Shown here: positions 48,132-59,100 of the stretch, piece after piece | Layout of the letters: every line of letters begins with the position of its first letter | Numbering within the stretch: the stretch's first letter is position 1 | Translations under genes and position numbers: made by a program | Notes under the pieces: model-generated | Told to the model about the DNA's origin: nothing | The model's database searches: none | What the model saw: the letters and a program-made list of their open reading frames with translations, nothing else | Source: an uncultured Chlamydiales bacterium | Lineage (GTDB): Bacteria; Chlamydiota; Chlamydiia; Chlamydiales; FEN-1388 | Length of the DNA: 64,000 nucleotides | Direction: 5' to 3' | Assembly (NCBI GenBank): GCA_963826935.1 | Contig: CAWGYH010000009.1 | Location: 79,922-143,921, forward strand

Positions 48132-50399
48132 ATGTTCCATAGCGTCTTGCACACGGGTTTATTGCTATTTATCTGCTGCCATATTCCGCTCCCCTCAGCT
48201 ACTATTTTAGTCACTACTACTGATTCCTATTCAGATGGGTCGCTTCCGAGCGCTATTTTAGCGGCAAATGACGGCGATATTATCGACTGCTCCCCAATTG
48301 CAGGAGAGACAATCTTCTTATCTCCTGCCATGCCAGCTATTGGCCATAATTTCACCTCGAGCTCTTCATCAATTACCATTCAAGGCGCAGGCGTTATTCT
48401 TGATGGAGGGGGCAATCGTTCAGCATTCTCTTTGGCCTACGGAAGAGCTAGCATAAATGGGTTCACCATTCAAAATGGGCTGTCGGCTGGCGGTGAAGGT
48501 GGCTTTGGCTTCACGGGCGGCGGCGGTGGAACCGGAGGCGGCGGTGCTCTTTACGTACATGCAGGTACTATCATGACAATTTCTACTATGGCTCTTATTG
48601 ACAACCAGGCAGTTGGCGGCGCGGGTGGTGCCGGCAACTCCACTGGCGGCTCAGGTGGTGGTGGAGGCGGGTTTGGCGGTGGCCACGGGGGCTTTGCCAT
48701 TGCAACAGGTTCTGGCGCCGGCTCCGGCGGCGGGGGCGGTGGCAATAACGGCGGAGCCTCTGGCGGAAGAGATGGAGGAATTGGCATTCCCAACTCCTTC
48801 TCAAACTTTGCAGGCGCAGGCGGGGGCGGCGAGGTTCCCGGAACAACAGGAGCAAAATACGGAGGCAACAACGCCTCAATACCTGCCAAAACCGGTGGAA
48901 GAGGAGGAATAGGCACAGTAAGTAATGGTGCCGGAGCTGGGGGTGGTGGAGGAGGTGCCACGGTCTATCCTCCCACTCCCCCAGGAGGCGGAGCTGGCTT
49001 TAGTGGCTTTGATGCGATCAACGCCTCACCGCCAGGAAGTGGCGTAGGCGGCGCTGGCGGCTTTGGCTTTGGAGTGAACTATACGTATGGTGCAGGCGGC
49101 GGCGGAGGAGGCGGCAATGGAGGCGGCGCAGGCTATGGCACAAGCGGTGGCGGCGGCGGCTTGAATGGTCCCGGAGGCGCTGGGGGTGATTTTGGCGGAG
49201 GAGGCGGTGCATCTAGCAGCAGCCCATATATTGCGCATATTGGCGGTAATGGCGGCTTTGGAGCAGGCGGAGGAGGAGGCTACGTAGGCGGTACTGATGC
49301 ATATGGCGTTGGCGGCAGCGGAGGATCAGCCACAGACGAGCCGGCAGCAGGCGGTGGAGGTTCTGGACTTGGAGGAGCTATCTACATTCAACAAGGAGGC
49401 CTTCTCGTTCTTAAAGATCCTATGAGCTTTTCCGGCAACAGCACAACAGCCGGTGCCGGCGGCACGGCAGCAGGAGGTGGCAGTAGTGGAGAAAATGGTT
49501 CATCTCTTGGTCAAGATATCTTTATACAATCTGGAGGGGCTGTCACCTTTCAGATTGCCAATACACTCACTCTTTCTAATCCCATTGAAGGGGCCGGCCT
49601 CTTATCAGAGGCTACTGAGCCCGGAGTCGTTATGTCCGGCTTAGGGACGCTCACCCTAACCGGAACTAACAGCTATCTTGGCGGCACCCTCATTGAATCG
49701 GGAAAGTTGATCCTGAATGGCTCTATAAGCGGAGATCTCTCTATAGAGTCAGCCGGCATACTATCGGGAAGCGCCTCAGTTAACGGCAATATCAATTCCA
49801 GCGGAACAATTGAGCCCGCTTTTCCCATCAGCACAATTGCCGCGACTGATGTTTACTTTTCCCCTACAGCTAGCTATAGCGTCGAAATTGATCCTGCAAA
49901 TGCCAGCTTGTTACTTGCATCAGGCTCTTGTACTTTGGGAGGAACCCTTCAAGTAGTCCAAAATCCTGGTAGCTACCCAGAAACGGGCCGCTACCTCATC
50001 ATACAGGCAGCGGACGGTATTGTGGATGCATTTTCAGGTATATATATTCAGCCTCTTCCTAATTTTCTATTCACCGTAGAAAATGATGGCAATAACTTTT
50101 ATCTTACCTATACGCTACTCCCAAGCGCTCCAATAGATGTAAAATGCTCTCGATGCAAGCACAAGATAGTGCTGGAATGGAGTGCGCCCACTCAAGGCTC
50201 CAACCCTATTTCATACCAAATTTACCGAAACAGCCTCAACAATTTGATAGGCGTGGTCTCTGCAAGCGATGAATTAAAATTTGAAGACTCTATATGCTCA
50301 AACAGCAAGGGCTCCATCACCTACTATATCGTGTCAGTTGACCAGCAAAACCTTACATCACCTCCAGCATCAACCACACTGCACAGGCGGGCAGGATGA
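48132..50399 (+). CDS. Gly-rich autotransporter-passenger-like surface protein with C-terminal FN3-like domain
   Basis: Signal peptide, GSLPSAILAAN, long Gly repeats, GGAIY motifs, LTLTGTNSYLGGTLIESG repeat, C-terminal LEWSAP...YQIYRN...YYIVSV. Confidence 0.75.
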   Translation: MFHSVLHTGLLLFICCHIPLPSATILVTTTDSYSDGSLPSAILAANDGDIIDCSPIAGETIFLSPAMPAIGHNFTSSSSSITIQGAGVILDGGGNRSAFSLAYGRASINGFTIQNGLSAGGEGGFGFTGGGGGTGGGGALYVHAGTIMTISTMALIDNQAVGGAGGAGNSTGGSGGGGGGFGGGHGGFAIATGSGAGSGGGGGGNNGGASGGRDGGIGIPNSFSNFAGAGGGGEVPGTTGAKYGGNNASIPAKTGGRGGIGTVSNGAGAGGGGGGATVYPPTPPGGGAGFSGFDAINASPPGSGVGGAGGFGFGVNYTYGAGGGGGGGNGGGAGYGTSGGGGGLNGPGGAGGDFGGGGGASSSSPYIAHIGGNGGFGAGGGGGYVGGTDAYGVGGSGGSATDEPAAGGGGSGLGGAIYIQQGGLLVLKDPMSFSGNSTTAGAGGTAAGGGSSGENGSSLGQDIFIQSGGAVTFQIANTLTLSNPIEGAGLLSEATEPGVVMSGLGTLTLTGTNSYLGGTLIESGKLILNGSISGDLSIESAGILSGSASVNGNINSSGTIEPAFPISTIAATDVYFSPTASYSVEIDPANASLLLASGSCTLGGTLQVVQNPGSYPETGRYLIIQAADGIVDAFSGIYIQPLPNFLFTVENDGNNFYLTYTLLPSAPIDVKCSRCKHKIVLEWSAPTQGSNPISYQIYRNSLNNLIGVVSASDELKFEDSICSNSKGSITYYIVSVDQQNLTSPPASTTLHRRAG

Positions 50400-50406
50400 T
50401 TACAAT

Positions 50407-51663
50407 TTAACCCTGCGCCTGCATCTTCTTTTGATAAGCGACCTTGCGTATGATAACTTCGATGAGCTTTTTCATGCCGCCTTTGTTGTATATCCAGTCC
50501 GTGAAGCCAGTACTCGCTTTGTCGCAGAGACGCTGGAGGTAGGCGGGGTCGGCGTTGTCAAGCTGGTTGGCGTCTTCCTTGTCGAGGTTAATCTGAATGC
50601 GGAGGTAGGTTACCAGGCCGTCGGAGTGTTCAGAGAGCTGTATCATCTGGTTGTCGGTGTCAATCTCTTTAGAGCCCATGATGACGTCGATAAGGTTTGG
50701 AACCCACTGCAGCCAGCCCCAGTCTACGCTCTCTTCTGTGATTACGGGCTGGGTTTTGCTTCTGCCTGTGCCCACAGATAGAACAAAAATCTTCTGCCCT
50801 TTTGGCACCTCATGCAGGGCAAGCTCAGTAGCTAGCATAGCGGGGTTATTTTCTGCTATTCCCCCGTCAATAAGGTTGAAGATCTTGTCGGCTATTTTTA
50901 GGATGAGCGAACGAAAGTATGTAGGGGCGGCAGTACTTGCAGTAACCGCATCTAGGATAGAGATGCTGCCCGGCAAGAATTCAATTTTCTTTTCGTGGGG
51001 AAGCTTTGGAGGTTCTTCTTTATTTTGAAAACATACGGTGCTGCCCGTTCTTAGGTCGTAGCTAGTTATGAAAAGACTTTTTGCCTTAGTGCTTGAAAGG
51101 GGTCTATCGCCGATAATGTTTTTAAAAATGGCCGTGGGGGTCTCATATTTCGGACCAATTGCGCCCCAAAACGACCAGAGCCGTCGCCAGAGTGAATTTG
51201 CAAAGACCTCTTTGGCAAGTTGGGTATAGAGTGTCATAATCTCTTCTGCACTCTTTCCATCTGCCAAAAGGGTTGCAATGAGAGATCCTGTAGATACTCC
51301 ACCAAATTTGTCAGTAAACTGATGAAAGCGAGCGCGAGTTAGCTCTTCAATTATCATTGCGATCTTAAGTGCGACAACTCCCCTTGTCCCGCCGCCATCC
51401 CAGGTTGCGATGATGTGCGGATTATCATCTAAGTCACTTTGGATCGGATGTTCTGTTACTCGATAGGTTGCTTTTGTTGGTAGCGGCTCGATCTTTCTGC
51501 TCGTCCCGGCGATCGTCTGATAAACATAAAAAAAAGGATTGGCAATGGGTGCGAGTATTTGCTTAACAAAGTTGGATACTTTGTGGACGCAGCTGCTCAC
51601 AGCCTCTTCAATAGGCTGCAAGGGCAGATGTATCGAATAATCTTGTGTTATGGGGCGTACCAT
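50407..51663 (-). CDS. Patatin-like phospholipase
   Basis: DGGGTRG oxyanion hole, GVSTG nucleophile, IDGGIAENNP catalytic Asp, VLSVGTG. Confidence 0.92.
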   Translation of the reverse strand: MVRPITQDYSIHLPLQPIEEAVSSCVHKVSNFVKQILAPIANPFFYVYQTIAGTSRKIEPLPTKATYRVTEHPIQSDLDDNPHIIATWDGGGTRGVVALKIAMIIEELTRARFHQFTDKFGGVSTGSLIATLLADGKSAEEIMTLYTQLAKEVFANSLWRRLWSFWGAIGPKYETPTAIFKNIIGDRPLSSTKAKSLFITSYDLRTGSTVCFQNKEEPPKLPHEKKIEFLPGSISILDAVTASTAAPTYFRSLILKIADKIFNLIDGGIAENNPAMLATELALHEVPKGQKIFVLSVGTGRSKTQPVITEESVDWGWLQWVPNLIDVIMGSKEIDTDNQMIQLSEHSDGLVTYLRIQINLDKEDANQLDNADPAYLQRLCDKASTGFTDWIYNKGGMKKLIEVIIRKVAYQKKMQAQG

Positions 51664-51795
51664 AGGATCTCCTTTAAAGAAAGGCTAATCCTACTACATG
51701 CGCCTTTTATTTTTCAAACAATCGAATGCAAGAAAGATAGCGGTTGTGACTTAAATATTGTGAGCCGGGCCCGCCGACCATTATAAAGTATTTAT

Positions 51796-51823
51796 TTGAC
51801 ATTTTTGTGTTAAAAGATATAAT
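51796..51823 (+). promoter_or_regulatory. Consensus sigma70/sigma66 promoter
   Basis: TTGACA (51796-51801), 16-nt spacer, TATAAT (51818-51823); AGGAGG RBS at 51848-51853. Confidence 0.75.
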
Positions 51824-51858
51824 AGAAAATGAGAGGAAAAGTAGAAAAGGAGGCCCAT

Positions 51859-52539
51859 ATGGCTATTGAATTCAACCCTGTTTCATGGTTTCAGAGCGTA
51901 GCAACTGCGTTTAGCTCTGTACAAAAGAAAATAAAAGAGGGGCAAGCCCCCGATTCTTTAAAAAATGTAATTGACAAAGCTCTTGCCGACCATACTGCCG
52001 CACAAAACAATGAACTCAGAAATAAAACAGTTAGGTACGAACCCCTTGAAGGTCCTGCTATCGGAAGAGAAGTCGCCACAGAAGATCAAATAGATCACAA
52101 GCTAGAGAAGCTTGATAGTGATAGTAGTCGCATCAGCCAGCTAAAAAAAGAACGTTTTGCAAGTGCATTGTTCTCAATTCTTTCCGTCTTTTCCAAGCCA
52201 CACCTTATCCATACCTGGAATGCAGAGATGAGCCAGGTTAGCAACGATATTGCCTATAAAGAGCATATTCCTGGTTTGCAAAAAGAGTTAACTGAGGCCC
52301 AATATACCATCTGCAGAACCCTTAAAGACCCCAAACTTGCTACAGACGCCAAAACCAGTACAGAAACTTTCATGCTCTTCACCAAAAATGATAGCTATAG
52401 CATCAAGATGGATGAAAGAAGAGGAATTGTGTCGTTACAAAAGGGAGCTGAACCTGAAAAAGAGTTTACTTCCTATTCTGATATGCTGCAGTCTTTAAAG
52501 CTTAACGGCAAACCGGAATTTAAAAAAGTCCTCATATAG
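51859..52539 (+). CDS. Hypothetical protein
   Basis: 226-aa ORF from ATG 51859 with strong RBS and promoter. Confidence 0.75.
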   Translation: MAIEFNPVSWFQSVATAFSSVQKKIKEGQAPDSLKNVIDKALADHTAAQNNELRNKTVRYEPLEGPAIGREVATEDQIDHKLEKLDSDSSRISQLKKERFASALFSILSVFSKPHLIHTWNAEMSQVSNDIAYKEHIPGLQKELTEAQYTICRTLKDPKLATDAKTSTETFMLFTKNDSYSIKMDERRGIVSLQKGAEPEKEFTSYSDMLQSLKLNGKPEFKKVLI

Positions 52540-52588
52540 AAAGGAGAAGTTAAGACCTAAAATGCCTTAGCTTCTCTATCAACAACGA

Positions 52589-53029
52589 TTACTTAGCGGC
52601 TGCAATCTGGTCAATGCGCTCTCGGGCTTCAATCTGTCGCACAGGGATTGTGAGCTCGGCAGCTAATTCAAGAGCCATTTTTTGGTTGTAAATTGCTACA
52701 ATACAGGCCGCTTTTAGTATACCCATTTCAACTTTAGGCGATTGGAGTTTATCTTTGACCACCGTAAACAGTCGAGCCAATTGTAGAGCCTCAGATGCTT
52801 GGCCGTTAGCGGCTAATTGAATGAGATTTCGTTTTGAAGAAGAACATACTTCATCTATTTCATGAGGCTTAAGGCTGTCAAGATCTAATAAGCGATGGGT
52901 CAGCTTTAACATGTCTTCAGTTCGTATACAATCTTCTTTTGGCGGAAGTGCTAGCTCAGTTTTCTTTGCAGATGCGACTGCAAAATAAGCGATCATTCTA
53001 TTTTTTGGATGACGAACACGTGGCACCAT
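52589..53029 (-). CDS. Hypothetical helical protein
   Basis: 146-aa ORF; no family recognised. Confidence 0.55.
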   Translation of the reverse strand: MVPRVRHPKNRMIAYFAVASAKKTELALPPKEDCIRTEDMLKLTHRLLDLDSLKPHEIDEVCSSSKRNLIQLAANGQASEALQLARLFTVVKDKLQSPKVEMGILKAACIVAIYNQKMALELAAELTIPVRQIEARERIDQIAAAK

Positions 53030-53199
53030 CTGGAGCGCAACCCTAATGTTTGAACTTGCTATCGAGTTTTGAATATCGGCCAGTGCACGCTCGTCATTTT
53101 TATCATATGCAGCCTTGCGCTTTGCGGCGGCTTGTGTAACCTCTTCGTCTTGGAACCACTCTGCTTCCTTCGGGAACTTACTAAAACAATAGTTTCAGT

Positions 53200-56100
53200 T
53201 TATTTAACTTTGGCGCTCTTCTTGCTGGGCAAGAATGAGGTGAATGAGGTGAGTACGTTGAAGACGCCGGTTGAGCCTTTGATGGCTTTGGTGCGTTTGG
53301 TGAGGGTGGGAAGTTGGCCGGCAAGTTCGGTAAGATCGGGCCAGTAGTGGCGGTATTTGTCACAAAGCCAGGCAATGTCCTGGCCCTCTTTGCTGGTGCG
53401 CACCTTTTCTATCCACTTTGTCTCTTTTTCGTTAAGGTATCTCTCGCCTGTGTAGATCTTGGCAATGATTCCTACTCGGGCAAGGTCATCTCCTTGCAGC
53501 ACTTCATCAATGGTTTTGCCTGTGATGCCCTTTGTTACATGGTAGCTTAACACATCGCGCCCAGACATCAGGTAGTAGCTTGTGCCCTTGGAAAGAGAGT
53601 CTTGGTTTTTGGCCATCTTTTCAAGTACCGCTGCTGCATCCAGAATATCAAGCGGCATGATGGATAGGGCGCCTTTATCGGTCACTGACAGCACATACTG
53701 AAAGGCAGGTTTATGTACGGGCTGCTTTCCTTCGACATCTCGTTTCCAGTTTGGTGAGGGATTTATGCTAATGCCTACTACTTCGCGCTTTTGCCTGCCT
53801 GCATCATAGCGCATGTAGTTGCCATCCCAGTTCTCTCTAGGAAGGGGTTGTAGAGAAAGAGTTCCAAGCGCTCGTGCGGTTTGCTGCTCGATGTCAAGTG
53901 CGATATCCTTGGCTGCCTCAGCCTCAGCCTCGGCTTCTGCCGCTTCTGCTTCAACAACAGCATCTTCTGCTCCTGTGAGGCTTGATGCAAGGGTTTCAGG
54001 GGGCAACTTGGCAAGGTCGACATACTTGTCAAACTCTGCTTCAACTGCCTGCATGTTGATGAGACGCAAGAGCGCGCGATCTGCCTTAATAGGCTCTAAT
54101 AGCTGATCTTTTATCCTTTGGACCGCCTCTTTTGGTTTAAGAGGCTCGAGGGTTGTGCGCAGCTCCTTAAGAGGGTCTGACTCGGTGCTGGTTATAATCT
54201 GGCTTTCTAGTTTCTTAAAAATTTCCTTAATATTCCCGGGCTTGTAGAGGTTCTGTTCGATTAAATTTGCAAGGTATTGACTAAGGCTTGAGGAATAGTC
54301 AAGACCACGCTCATTTCCCTCTTCGATTTTGCTGTAGAGGAGCAGGTCTTTAAGCTTGAGTTTGTCTGATTTTACACACCTCTTAACTACCCCAGCTTCA
54401 GACTCTAGTACAATAACTCCTGCAACTTGTCCCTCATTTAGTTTTCTCATCCTGCCTAGCCCCTGTTCAAAGAAGGTTGAGGTGACGTTAAGTCCTCCTG
54501 TGATCAGCCCCTTGCAGGTAAGCGGCATCGGGGTATCGGTACCAATAGATTTACCTTTGCGGATGAAGATAAAGGTCTCCTCAGGTAGCAGCTGGCTCTC
54601 TTCGCGAAGAATGGGTTCCGGCTTTCCTCGTTCGCAAATCATAGAGCGCCCTGCTTCATCGTAGTAGACTACTCCCTTGCACTCAGGGCGGCTCGAGAAG
54701 ATACGCTCACTTATTTGTTCGGGGCTGAGGTCGCCAAATAGCCCGCGTGAGTCGGTGATCTCCTGATACTCCGGATATTTGCTTAAAATATGGCTTAAAA
54801 GCTCTGGGGGCTTGAGATCCGGCACTACAAATACTTTATCTTGCGAGTTTTTCCACAAGGCAAGCAGGTTCACAATGGGCGCTGCAGGCTGCTCGCGCGT
54901 TGTCATAGAGGGGGGCAATGTGTCAGGATTTGTCGTTCCGGATGCCGCCTGACAGTGATGTAAGGCGCTGAGAAGCGAGTAGCTTGAAGCTGAAATTTTT
55001 TGAGTAAAAATAGAAATTTTTGGAAGCACATGGACTTGAGTAAGTTCCAGGCGGTCTATAAGCCCTTTTGGGCTATTTATAAAGCTTGCTATCTTCTCAA
55101 AATCTGCCTCCTTAAGATCGAGAAGTTCAGGAAGCTGCAGCTCTTTTTGGAGCTTGAGAAATAGCTTGAACGAGGGTGCCTGGCGGGCTGCTTCACCGCG
55201 AGCCTCTTGCAGCTCTCTTAAATCGCTTACAAAAGAATGAATATCGGAAGGGGCAAATGGAACCCGGAGATTTCCTTGGATGGTAAAGTCTAGTAGATCA
55301 TCAAGTGTTGCAAATTCTGAGTTTGGCCGCGCATTTCCCTGCCTTGCAGGGATCGCCATTCTGCCCGGACCTAAAAGGTATCTTCCCTGATAGTCCCTGC
55401 GCAAGGTTCTTGGAAGGTTTGTCGCAAGCTGGCGGCGCAAACGGGCAAAGCGCTGCAGATCTGCAGGCTCCATTTTTTTAAAGAATTTTTCACAGTCTTT
55501 TGAGTATTTTCCCATCAGGTTATCATGAATTGCTTTCCGATACTCTTCAGGCACCTGAAAGAGCGCAAGCGCTTTTGTGGCAAGCTCTGATTTAAGCACA
55601 TTGAAATTATCTTCAGTAAGAACGCGCTTGTTTGGATCAAAATGGTCGGGAAGAAAATTAAAATTCCAGCGAGCAAGGATCTCTGGATCTAAGATGAGCT
55701 TGCCAAAGAGCTCGCCAGTCTCGTTGCAGCGCTCCTTTGAGACAGGCTGTTTTTTGCCCACAGCAAAGTCAAAGCGCTGCCTATTGTCTAAACATTCTGC
55801 TGATTCGTCGATGAAGTTAGAGATGCGGGTTGAAAGTGTTTGGCGAATCTTCAAAAGCTCCTCTGTCTTCTCAGGCTCATCCTTTGTCAGCGACTCTTTG
55901 AGGGCAAGCCCTGCCAGGTTCTGAAGGCTGTTGATACTCATGAGGATGATTCTTCCCTCTTTTTCTGCCAGGTCCAGCTGCTCATTTAGCCAGTGAAGGT
56001 ATGAAAGGTTGTTTGCCTGCGCTCTATTGACATCGATTCTCTGGATGCCGAGTGAAAAAAGATCTCCCAGAAGCTCTCGAAGGTGCTTTGTCTGATCTTC

Positions 56101-59100
56101 TAGAAGCGACTGGGGCACTGTCATCATCGTCAGGCGCCCTTTTTGCCTTGTAAGGAAAAGCCAGAGGGGTATAAAGAGCTTGGACTTTCCAAAGCCGGTG
56201 CGAGCTTCAAGCTCAATATTTACAAGAGCTTCTCCTGTCATCTCTTTGAGAGGCTTTACCTGATCTTTTCTAAGGCGCATATTTGTCATGGCCTCAAAAG
56301 TAAGGAGCGTGTCTTCTGTTGCCGGGTCATAGGCGCGCTCTTGAGTAAGCGCTCCAATAAGTGCCTGCACCTCACTTTTCACAGACTTATCCTCCCAGCC
56401 ATTTTGAGCTGCAGCCTCAATCACCTGTCGGACATTGCCAAAAGCGCGCTCAAGCTTCTGTATTTCGGTCTTTTGGACAAGATATTCGCGAATCATCCCC
56501 TTAAGCTGACCAAGCTTTGGCTTGAGGCCAGGATTTGACTGAATAATAGCCTCATCATCGCCGCACCCAAAAGAGAGGATAAGCTCTTCAAAGCTCATCT
56601 TCTCAAGAAGGCCCGCCTGAAGGCGCAGTTTGACCTCAGCAGAATAGTCGCGCGCCACATCAGTTATTGCCTTGCGCTGCTGGGAAAGCCGCTCATTTGC
56701 TGTCTGGATGCCAAATGTAAGATGTCCTGCAATGCTTTCGATATCTTCTTTATTTTGGATTGAAAAAGAGAGCGTTGTGCTTTTTTCAAGCTTGCGGATC
56801 ATCTCGTCGATACCCTTTTGTGTGCGCATGCATGAGCGCTCAGCAAGAGGGTTAGCAACAGCTTTAGGCAGGTTGTATGCCCCTCGGAGCTCTTTAAGAT
56901 AGGCAACCTCTTTTTGCAGCCTCGCGTCATGCTCTTGCTTGGTCTCTTGTACCAGCAGCTCCTGGTTTTGCAAAATTTGCACGATGTCTGTGCCTATTGG
57001 GGCATAGTATGCAGGGATCTCCTTTTGCGCCGATTCGGCAGATCCCCAGCCGGAAAAGGCGCTAAAGAGCTGTCCAAGCATGCCCTGCTGGGCCTTGGCT
57101 GTGGCTTCTTCTTCCTTGGTCTTAAAGAGCACAGCTCTTTGTGGGTTAAATTGCATTACCTCAAGGTTGCCCTTAGTAATGCGCGCTAAAAAGCCCCAGT
57201 CATCCATCTCTACGGGAAGCTCAGAGGTAAATAGGGGCGCAAGGCAAACTCCTAGCGCTCCCTTGCTTGCTTCAAGCAGAAGCGACTCATACTTGGGATA
57301 GGCTCGTGGATCTGAAGCTACAGCAAGAAGAAAGCGGCGAAGCGATTCTGCCTCCCTGTCTTGTCCGCGTCGACCAACTCGCAAGAGCCTTACAACTGCT
57401 TTAAACTCTTCAGAAGAGGCATTCGCTGTGGTTAAAATTTTGTAGTAATGTAAAAAATTATGCACAAACGCCTGGCCTGGCCGTGTTTCACAGCTAATTT
57501 GTTCGGGCAGGTTCGCGCATTCCACCATCTTCTTTGCCATGAGAGCATCGATAAAGCCACATGTTGGTATAAGGGATGGAAGTTGGGGTGGAAAGGTTGG
57601 TTCATAATACCTAAGCTGCGCGACACCCATTGGCTCTCCAAGAAGCATCGCTTTGCGCTGGGCGATTATCGCTTGGCTCTCTTCACTCCACACATTCCCC
57701 TCGAGCTTCGCAATAATTTTTAGCTCTTCTCGCTCTGACAGCCTATAGTTAGCAAGGGCGTTGAGCTGATCGAGGTAGTTTATATAGTCTGTTTCTAAAA
57801 CTGCCCTCTCTTCGTTGGTTAGCTCTTTTTCAGGCTCTTGTGCCCACCGTATAGAACGAAGCTGCAGGCGCAAGGCGCAAGCTCTTGGATGTTCATCGCG
57901 AGCCTCGGCATTCTCTTCCATCCAGCCGGCTGTCTTTTTCATCGCCTCATTCCAGCCGGCAGGATGGAGTTTGAGCCTGCGGATCAGCTCTCGAGCCTGG
58001 TTGTAGCGGCAGAAGCTAAGTTCTACACAGGTTTGATAGAGCAGTCTTTCAGGATCAAGGGCCGGCATGAGGCGGTTTGTCTTTCTATCTATTTTGTAGG
58101 TATAGAGCTTGGGGTTTTCAAGGCGCGTGGTAGGAGGTTTTTCAAAGCCTTTGCCCGTCGTAACGGGCTCTAAGGTAAGGGCGCGATTTGTAGCAATTGC
58201 TCGCCGGCCGGCTTTAGGATGCTCTAATACAAGGTAGTGGCTGCAAGGCTCAAACTCTGATACAACAGCCTCTAAAACGACGTAAAAACCGGCATGTGTA
58301 AGGCTTATCCATTTGTCCTCTTTGCTTCGGACAAGCGTAAGCTCTAAGGCCGGATACTCAACTCGTTGTAATTTGTTTTGTGCATCTACCCATGCCAGCA
58401 CCTCTTTGTCATCATCAAGGCCCATCAATCTTTCAGCAAGGCCATCTGGTGGATAGGTACTTGCAAGAAAGAGTCCGGCAATTTGAGGATGCACTACCTT
58501 ACCATCTACAACCCTGTAGGAGATCTCTTTTGATTTTGTGAGGACAATCGCTTCAAGCGGCTCCTTTTCTGATACCCACTGGGTATTTTCACGGCCAAGG
58601 ACCCCTTCAACACTACAGGGGTGATTAGCATTTTCAAACAAGGGCTCAGTGTCCTGTCTAAACCAGCAACGCATGCCATCACTTGCTTCAAGCTCATAGT
58701 AGGATGTGAAGGTCAATCCCTTGATTGTTACTGCACACTTTCTTCCGCTTTTATCCAAAAAGAGGTACTTGTCGCCCTCTTTTGTGACTACCGGGTTATC
58801 TACATCAAATAAAAACTTATCGTTTGCAAGTAGCCATGGGGGAAGCTTTCCTGTAGGAGTGGTTGGACTTCCCAGGCTATCGATAGCCTTAGTAAACTCT
58901 TCTTTGATCATCCACCTTTTCTCGAAAGTGCAGCTGCCTCCAATCTTTGACAGCTGCTCTTTTGCTTCAAAACAGCGCCTGGCAAGCTCTGGATGAGAAG
59001 CAACATAGGGATAAAGCGCCACCTCCCAATACAGCAGGGTGCAGCGTTCCTGTTCAGACAGGGTTTTGCCTTTATCCAGCAAATCAAATGCTTTGAGAAG

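Noticed and set aside
48500-49470. PE-PGRS protein or antisense Pro-rich ORFs
   Set aside because: No PE domain; the Pro-rich minus-strand ORFs are shadows of the Gly repeats
52350-52500. SH2-like tail in the 51859-52539 ORF
   Set aside because: Only a loose resemblance; the FLVR arginine is absent
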